Source of the DNA: Pseudomonadota bacterium
Lineage (GTDB): Bacteria > Bdellovibrionota > FAC87 > UBA2466
Direction: 5' to 3'
Length of the DNA stretch: 33,072 bases
Assembly: GCA_043767805.1 (NCBI GenBank)
Contig: JAYUGC010000081.1
Span: 1 to 33,072 of the forward strand
The translations under genes were made by a program, and so were the position numbers. Shown one piece after another: positions 26,845 to 33,072 of the stretch. The first letter of the stretch is position 1. The number at the start of each line of letters is the position of its first letter. The notes beneath the pieces are model-generated. The model saw only the letters and a list, made by a program, of their open reading frames with translations. It did not search any database and had not been told where the DNA came from.

Positions 26845-28503
26845 ATGGAAAAGAAACTTAACATAGGAAGTTACGGGAAGGTGGCCTTCGGCCTCTTTCT
26901 CGCTTTCGCCACGGTATCGGCGGGTCTTCTCGTTGCGGAAGAGAGCTCGGTCAGCGCAGCGGCGAGCAAAGCTAAAGCGAAAGAGGACGAAGAGGAAAAG
27001 ACGAAGGACCCGGCACGAGAAGTGACGGCTCCCCGGCGCGTGGCCCTCACCCTTTCCACCGGCGTATCAAAGACGCTGGAATTTGATTTCGACATCGGTC
27101 CCATTTTCGTAACGGACCCGACGCTCTTTGAATACCGCCGCGTAAAAGACGGCGACAAGGAAAGACGTTTGCTCCTCCGTGCCACGTCTTCCGGTTATAC
27201 GGACATGACCGTCCACGACTTGAACGGCGCGCCTCGCGTGACCTACACGGTTCAGGTCTTGCGCGAAGACGCCCCCCGGGTCATCAGCCAACTCGACGAG
27301 TTGCTCGGCGACATCGAAGGCTTAAAGATCCGGGTCATCGGCGGCACCATCATGCTGGACGGCGAGATCCTCTTGCCCAAAGACATGATCCGCATCATGC
27401 GCGTGGTCGCGGCTTTGAAAGACCGCGATCCCAAGAAGAAAGAGATGAATATCAAGAACCTTGCGACCATCAGCAAGATGACGATGAACATCCTGGCCGA
27501 GCGCATCGAGCGCGAGATCGGCTCTCCGGAAATCACCTCTCGCGTAGTGAACAACAACGTCTTCCTGGAAGGCACGGCGGAAAGCGACTTCGAAGCGGAT
27601 CGCGCGGTGGAAATCGCGAAGACCTATCTGCCTGAAGTCTTCATCGAGCCCACCAAAGGCGAAGGCGGCGAAGTGAAGCCGAAAGCCGCCGGCGGTACGG
27701 GCGGCCTGCCGGCCATCGTCGATTTGCTCCGGGTACGCCCGCGCCAAGCGTCGCCCCCGGCTCAGGACATCAAGATTACGGTGGACTACGTAGAATTGAA
27801 CAACGAGTACGAGAAGACGTTCAACTTCGAGTGGAAACCGCTCGCGGGTGACACCAGCACCATCAAGTACGATAGCGCCTTGGGCGAACTGTCGGCGAGC
27901 TTGGTGGCGACCGTAAGTAACCTCTTTCCGAAACTCGTTACGGCGAGAAGCCATCAGCACGCCCGTGTACTGAAGGAAGAGTCCATCATTGTGAAGGATC
28001 GCTCCGACGTGCCGAGCGTGATTGAGAGCTCCATCAAGCTCTACTCGCGTATCGTGAACGAAAAAGGCGAGGCTTCGCTTCAGGAAATCCCGGTCCAGAA
28101 CGTGACGAAAGTTCGGGCCGCGACCATTCCGGGATCGGACAGCATCGATCTCGGCGTGCAGATTTCCTTGAACAGCTTGCTCGGCCAAAACTCGGGCGCG
28201 CCCATCATCGCCACCAACTCCCTCCAAACCCAAGTCACCGTAAAAAACGGCGACTCGGCGGCTTTGGGCGGGTACGCGGTCGATTCCGCGCTCTCGGGTT
28301 ACAACCGGGAACCGACGCGCTCCGTGGGCAGCGCCCAGGCGGCCGGTTCGAGCTCACCTCTCTTCAACCTGTCTCGGTCGAAGAGCTTCCGGCGAGACAA
28401 GCAGCAGTACATCATCTTCGTCACTCCCGAGATCCTCAGAACCGCGAGCGGAGCGACGGAAGATATAACCAGGAAATTCCGTCTGAACGCCGGAGAACGT
28501 TAG
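26845..28503 (+). CDS. cpaC: Tad secretin CpaC/RcpA with BON-like domains
   Basis: Signal peptide; secretin C-terminal TQVTVKNGDSAALGG and IIFVTPEIL; position between cpaB and the ATPase. Confidence 0.85.
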   Translation: MEKKLNIGSYGKVAFGLFLAFATVSAGLLVAEESSVSAAASKAKAKEDEEEKTKDPAREVTAPRRVALTLSTGVSKTLEFDFDIGPIFVTDPTLFEYRRVKDGDKERRLLLRATSSGYTDMTVHDLNGAPRVTYTVQVLREDAPRVISQLDELLGDIEGLKIRVIGGTIMLDGEILLPKDMIRIMRVVAALKDRDPKKKEMNIKNLATISKMTMNILAERIEREIGSPEITSRVVNNNVFLEGTAESDFEADRAVEIAKTYLPEVFIEPTKGEGGEVKPKAAGGTGGLPAIVDLLRVRPRQASPPAQDIKITVDYVELNNEYEKTFNFEWKPLAGDTSTIKYDSALGELSASLVATVSNLFPKLVTARSHQHARVLKEESIIVKDRSDVPSVIESSIKLYSRIVNEKGEASLQEIPVQNVTKVRAATIPGSDSIDLGVQISLNSLLGQNSGAPIIATNSLQTQVTVKNGDSAALGGYAVDSALSGYNREPTRSVGSAQAAGSSSPLFNLSRSKSFRRDKQQYIIFVTPEILRTASGATEDITRKFRLNAGER

Positions 28504-28512
28504 GGTAGATCT

Positions 28513-30690
28513 ATGGCCGGGCAACCTCATGTGATCGCAGTCTTGGGTGGTAAAGGAGGCGTGGGTAAAACCACGTTCGCCGTCAACTACGCCATTGCGA
28601 CCGCGGTCGACAGCAAGAGCAAAGTCATCTTGCTCGACATGGATCCGAAAGCGTGCGGCGACGTGTCCATGCTCCTCGGCATCAAGCCGAGAAGAACTAT
28701 CGCAGACCTGGGCGGCCACGAAGGGCGCCTGGATGCTACCGCCATGCTGGCCCACGTAGCCCAGCATCCCTCAGGCATCCATTATATGCCGCTGACTCTC
28801 GATCCCGAGCAAGCGGCGAGTATGGAGCCGGACTTGGCCGACAAGGCCATCAAGCACCTCAAATCTTTCTACCACTACATCATCGTGGATCTCGGCAATG
28901 ACGTAGACGAGACCACCGTGAAAGTCCTGGAAAACACCACCCTCATCTTCGTGCTCACGAAGCCCGAGATCATCGTGCTTCACCACACGAGGCGCATGAT
29001 CGAGAAGATCCAGAACCTGCTCTTTCCGCCCGAGATGATCAAAGTCGTCTTGAACAGCTTCAGCACCAAAACGGGCATCACGCCTCAGATGGTGCAGAAC
29101 AACCTCAAGAAGCAGCTCCTCTCGATCATTCCGGAAGACGAAATGACGACGGTACAGTCGATGACGAAAGCCTCGCCCTTCGTCATCGCGGCCGCCCGCA
29201 CCGAAATCACCAAAGCTTATTTCACGCTCGCTCGCGCGCTCGCCGAGCACCAGGTCTTGGATAAGCTCGCGCAGCTGAAAAAGCCGTCGGACGCGAGCAT
29301 GAAGCTGAAGAAGGCGCATACCGGCCAGCAGGTCGGCAAAGACGGACTGAAGGCCGCGCCCTCCTCCATCGTTTTCGATCGCAGCCAGATGAAGGGCGAA
29401 AAGCCCAGCGATGAGTGGTCGTCTTTGAAGCAGCGCATTCACCGCCAGCTCATCGAGACCATGGACTTGAAAAAGGTCGATACCGAGACCGGTAATGACT
29501 CCAAGAAGAAAGCCGTCCTTCGTGAAAAAACGAAAACGGTCGTCGTCGAGCTCCTCGACAAAGAAGTCCATCCGTTCCGGTCCCGCGACGAGATCCAGAT
29601 GCTCGTCAAAGAAGTCTTGGACGAGGCCTTGGAGCTCGGTCCCATTCAGGATCTCTTGCTCGACGAGTCCGTCTCGGAAATCATGGTGAACCGGAAAGAC
29701 CAAATTTACGTGGAACGCTCCGGTAAGCTCGTTCTTTCGAACAAGACCTTCTCCGGCACGAGCCAGCTGCTATCGGTCATCGAGCGCATCGTCGCGCCTC
29801 TCGGACGCCGCATCGATGAGAAAACGCCTTACGTGGATGCCCGTCTTCCGGACGGCTCTCGCGTACACGCGATCATCCCTCCCCTCGCCGTTCAGGGACC
29901 GATGATCACCATCCGTAAGTTCGCCAAGAGCCGCATCACCTACAAAGATTTGGTGAAGTACGGCTCCATGACGGATGAAATGGCCGATTTCCTACGTTCC
30001 TGCATCGAAGCGCGCCTTAACTGCGTGATTTCAGGCGGCACGGGATCGGGAAAAACGACGTTACTCAACGTCATGGCCTCTTTCATTCCGACCAACGAGC
30101 GTATCTTGACCGTCGAAGACGCCGCCGAGCTTCAGCTCCCGCAGGATCACTGGGGACGTCTCGAAACGCGCGCGCCGAACCTCGAAGGCCAAGGCGCGGT
30201 GACCATCCGAGACCTGGTGAGAAACACGCTGCGTATGCGACCTGACCGCATCATCGTCGGTGAGTGCCGCGCGGGCGAAGCGCTTGACATGCTTCAAGCC
30301 ATGAACACCGGTCACGATGGCTCGATGACCACGATTCACTCGAACACGCCTCGCGACTGCATCTCTCGCATGGAGACGCTGGTCATGATGGCGGGCATGG
30401 ATCTGCCGGCGAAAGCCATTCGCGAGCAGATCGCTTCCGCCGTGAACCTCATCGTGCAGCAGACGCGTCTCAGTGACGGGTCTCGTAAGGTGACCAGCAT
30501 CACGGAAGTCTGCGGTATGCAGGGTGAAGTGGTCACCCTTCAGGAAGTTTTCGCTTTCAAGCGCACTGGCATGGACAAAAATCGCAAGGTACTCGGTAAA
30601 TTCGTCGCCACCGGCTTCATTCCGAAGTTTGTCGACGAGCTCGAGCAGCAAGGCATCAAGATCCCCCGCGGTATCTTTTCCGTGGGCTGA
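28513..30690 (+). CDS. tadA: Fused CpaE/TadZ (MinD-like) and CpaF/TadA pilus ATPase
   Basis: Deviant Walker [11 protein letters not shown] at the N-terminus; [35 protein letters not shown] in the C-terminal half. Confidence 0.93.
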   Translation: MAGQPHVIAVLGGKGGVGKTTFAVNYAIATAVDSKSKVILLDMDPKACGDVSMLLGIKPRRTIADLGGHEGRLDATAMLAHVAQHPSGIHYMPLTLDPEQAASMEPDLADKAIKHLKSFYHYIIVDLGNDVDETTVKVLENTTLIFVLTKPEIIVLHHTRRMIEKIQNLLFPPEMIKVVLNSFSTKTGITPQMVQNNLKKQLLSIIPEDEMTTVQSMTKASPFVIAAARTEITKAYFTLARALAEHQVLDKLAQLKKPSDASMKLKKAHTGQQVGKDGLKAAPSSIVFDRSQMKGEKPSDEWSSLKQRIHRQLIETMDLKKVDTETGNDSKKKAVLREKTKTVVVELLDKEVHPFRSRDEIQMLVKEVLDEALELGPIQDLLLDESVSEIMVNRKDQIYVERSGKLVLSNKTFSGTSQLLSVIERIVAPLGRRIDEKTPYVDARLPDGSRVHAIIPPLAVQGPMITIRKFAKSRITYKDLVKYGSMTDEMADFLRSCIEARLNCVISGGTGSGKTTLLNVMASFIPTNERILTVEDAAELQLPQDHWGRLETRAPNLEGQGAVTIRDLVRNTLRMRPDRIIVGECRAGEALDMLQAMNTGHDGSMTTIHSNTPRDCISRMETLVMMAGMDLPAKAIREQIASAVNLIVQQTRLSDGSRKVTSITEVCGMQGEVVTLQEVFAFKRTGMDKNRKVLGKFVATGFIPKFVDELEQQGIKIPRGIFSVG

Positions 30691-30701
30691 GGATAGACGA
30701 C

Positions 30702-31580
30702 ATGGAACTTTCGACAATCTTAAAATACGTCTCGATCGGCTGGGTGGGCGGCGTCATCCTGGTAGGGCTTCTCATCAACGGCGACAAGCTCTACTCGTGG
30801 GCGGGCGGCAAGATCATGGGCGAGACCGAGTGGATGGTCGCGAAGCTCGATCTCATGTTCATCGAAATAACCGTGCAGCGCTGCTTACGTAACTACAGCA
30901 TCTACCTGGCTTGTCTTTTTCTCCTTGGGCCCTTCCTCCTGTATCCGTCCCTCGGGGGCGGCGTGGTGTTCGGGCTCCTTTTCCTTTTCATCGGCTGGAA
31001 GCTTCCCGGCAAAGCCATCAACATCATGCATAAGCGCCGGGTGAAGAAGTTCGTCCTCCAGATGGTGGACGGCCTTTCCCTCATGTCGAACTCCCTTCGC
31101 TCCGGCCTTAACGTGAACCAGGCCTTGCAGCTCGTTTCCGACGAGCTGGCGAATCCGATCTCTCAGGAGTTCAACCTGGTGCTCAGCCAGAACAAACTCG
31201 GTCAGACGCTCGAAGACGCCATGTCGAACCTGGCCGTGCGCCTCCCGGCCGATGACGTCGAGATGTTCACCACCAGCGTGAACATCTTGAAAGAGACCGG
31301 CGGTAACCTCGCCGAAACCTTCGAAACGATTTCCTATACCATCCGTGAGCGCATCAAAGTGGAGTCAAAAATCTCCGCGATGGTCTCTCAGGGCGTCATG
31401 CAAGGAGTCATCGTCGTATTGATGCCCTTCGCCCTAGGCGCGGTGCTCTACACCATCGATAAAGAGCGCATCCTGCCGATGTTTACGACGATTCCGGGCT
31501 GGGTGTTGCTCACCCTCATGATGATGCTTCAGTTCGCGGGTGGATTCGCCATCTGGAAGATCATTCAGGTCCGCGTCTAG
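30702..31580 (+). CDS. tadB: TadB inner-membrane platform protein (T2SSF)
   Basis: NSLRSGLN, NPISQEF, ETGGNLAETF; directly after tadA. Confidence 0.9.
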   Translation: MELSTILKYVSIGWVGGVILVGLLINGDKLYSWAGGKIMGETEWMVAKLDLMFIEITVQRCLRNYSIYLACLFLLGPFLLYPSLGGGVVFGLLFLFIGWKLPGKAINIMHKRRVKKFVLQMVDGLSLMSNSLRSGLNVNQALQLVSDELANPISQEFNLVLSQNKLGQTLEDAMSNLAVRLPADDVEMFTTSVNILKETGGNLAETFETISYTIRERIKVESKISAMVSQGVMQGVIVVLMPFALGAVLYTIDKERILPMFTTIPGWVLLTLMMMLQFAGGFAIWKIIQVRV

Positions 31581-31656
31581 TTATACGGCGCGCCATTCAG
31601 AACCCTCGGTTGAATCGCGGGCTTAGGTAGTCTCAATGCACGGCCGATAAGTAACT

Positions 31657-32838
31657 ATGGCCGAAACGCCCGCGAAGCGGACTCCCAAGTTTTTTCCGGG
31701 GATAGATCTGCTCAGAGCGATCGCCGCGATGCTCGTCGTGGTGAACCACATCCGCAATCTCTTTTTCATGGACTACGCTGAGGTGGTCCACAAAAGCTGG
31801 CTGGTGAAATCTTCTTACTTCGTGACCGGCCTCGGTCATCAGTCGGTCATCATTTTCTTCGTTCTGAGTGGCCTGCTCGTGGGCGGCAAGGTTGTGGAGA
31901 CCATGCAAAGCGGTTCCTGGTCCTGGGTTCAGTATTTGATCGAGCGCGGCACTCGCCTGTGCATAGTCTTGTGGCCCGCGCTCGTGCTGACCTTTTGCTG
32001 GGACTACCTCGGCAACCAGTTATTTGATTTCGCTCGCGCTTACGCCATCGCTCCGCTCGGCGACAACGTCATCCCGCTGGACATGGCGGCGGCCTCCACG
32101 CTGCGCGTGTATCTCAGTAACGCGTTTTTTCTTCAGGGAATCTTGGCGCCGAGTGCCGGGACAAATGGATCGTTATGGAGCTTGAGCAACGAGTTTTGGT
32201 ACTACCTGGCTTTTCCCGCGATACTCCTTAGCTGGAGCTCTCGCGTTTCTCTCAGAAACAAAGGGATCAGTCTTTTCATCCTCTTCGTGTCGTTAGGAAT
32301 CGTTCAGCGCGGCGGCATGAAGGAAGGCTTTGCGATTTGGCTTTTGGGCGTGGTTGCCGCCCGTCTTGGACGGCGCTTGTCCTCGGAACGAGGCGGGCGG
32401 CTCGTGGCTGGAGTCGCCGTAGGCTTACTCATCGTGGCGCTCTCGGTGGCTCGCTCCAGACTCGTGCCTCACGCCGATTACTTGATCGGGCTCGCCACCG
32501 CGCTCCTGGGTTTGGCCATTCTTCGCCTGCCTTCGAATCAGAACGGGCCGATCTCGAAAACCGCGAGCTTCTTCTCGAGCTTTTCGTACACGCTCTATCT
32601 CACGCATCTGCCTTTTTTGGTTTTCCTACGAGCCTGGCTGAAAGCCACGCCTCGTTGGCAACCCGATCTCACGAGCGCGGCATGGGCCGCGGCTTTCTGT
32701 TTAGCCGCGACGGTTTGGGCGTATCTCGTCTTCCGAGTCACCGAGGCCCACACGCCTCAATTGCGCCAGTTCCTCACACGCCGTTTCGTAAAGCCCGAAA
32801 CGGCGCAGCCTCAAGAACGCAAATCCAAAGCCGCTTAA
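31657..32838 (+). CDS. Acyltransferase family 3 (OafA-like) membrane O-acyltransferase
   Basis: IDLLRAIAAMLVVVNH, FFVLSG, SLWSLSNEFWYY, SYTLYLTH. Confidence 0.9.
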   Translation: MAETPAKRTPKFFPGIDLLRAIAAMLVVVNHIRNLFFMDYAEVVHKSWLVKSSYFVTGLGHQSVIIFFVLSGLLVGGKVVETMQSGSWSWVQYLIERGTRLCIVLWPALVLTFCWDYLGNQLFDFARAYAIAPLGDNVIPLDMAAASTLRVYLSNAFFLQGILAPSAGTNGSLWSLSNEFWYYLAFPAILLSWSSRVSLRNKGISLFILFVSLGIVQRGGMKEGFAIWLLGVVAARLGRRLSSERGGRLVAGVAVGLLIVALSVARSRLVPHADYLIGLATALLGLAILRLPSNQNGPISKTASFFSSFSYTLYLTHLPFLVFLRAWLKATPRWQPDLTSAAWAAAFCLAATVWAYLVFRVTEAHTPQLRQFLTRRFVKPETAQPQERKSKAA

Positions 32839-32885
32839 GCGCTCTCTTAAAAGGTAGGCCCTACCCTTTTAGGCTAGGCTACTGC

Positions 32886-32967
32886 AAAAAAGAATGAGAA
32901 TGAGAATGAGTGGGGAATTCCTTCCGAGAACTCATGCTCATTCTCGATCTCATTCTCATTCTTTTTT
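32886..32967. terminator. Long inverted repeat of GAATGA/TCATTC hexamers flanked by A6/T6 (bidirectional terminator or REP-like)
   Basis: AAAAAAGAATGAGAATGAGAATGAG...CTCATTCTCGATCTCATTCTCATTCTTTTTT. Confidence 0.7.
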
Positions 32968-32974
32968 CCCCTTC

Positions 32975-33072
32975 ATTGGGTAGGAGGGGGGCTCACGCCC
33001 CCCGTCCTCCCACACCACCGTACGTACGGTTCCGTATACGGCGGTTCATGTCCGAATTAAGTTTGAGCTGCT
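32975..33072 (-). mobile_element. 3' end (domains V and VI) of a class IIC group II intron, continuing beyond the window
   Basis: Minus strand reads GAACCGCCGTATACG-GAAC-CGTACGTACGGTGGT (short DV, CGC triad), then a DVI hairpin ending CCTACCCAAT. Confidence 0.92.

Noticed and set aside
32886..32967. Hairpin as an integron attC site
   Set aside because: No RYYYAAC/GTTRRRY ends and no integrase or cassette array in the window.

Overview
GC-rich bacterial chromosomal window. Gene content and Tad-locus layout suggest Bdellovibrionota/Oligoflexia (inference). Left to right: (1) three small unannotated + strand ORFs, two of which look paralogous; (2) a minus-strand run of a signal-peptide-bearing DUF2156-like protein, a secreted hypothetical protein and an isonitrile cluster (pvcA/isnA, pvcB/isnB, cytochrome P450); (3) a decayed aldo/keto reductase; (4) a two-gene operon of a secreted prepropeptide with a 73-aa Tyr/Gly/Trp-rich C-terminal core and a subtilisin-like S8 protease, the best candidate for an undescribed system; (5) a perfect 44-bp palindrome, an HTTM-like pair and a Prc/Tsp protease; (6) a partner-switching/c-di-GMP operon (degenerate PP2C sensor, anti-sigma-type kinase, STAS-Zn ribbon, PAS-GGDEF); (7) a small Zn-ribbon protein and a second S41 protease; (8) a Tad/Flp pilus locus with a hidden pilin lacking a standard start codon, tandem CpaB, a CpaE-CpaF fusion and no adjacent tadC; (9) an acyltransferase-3 gene and the 3' end (domains V-VI) of a class IIC group II intron. 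All family calls come from motifs read by eye; no database searches were run.
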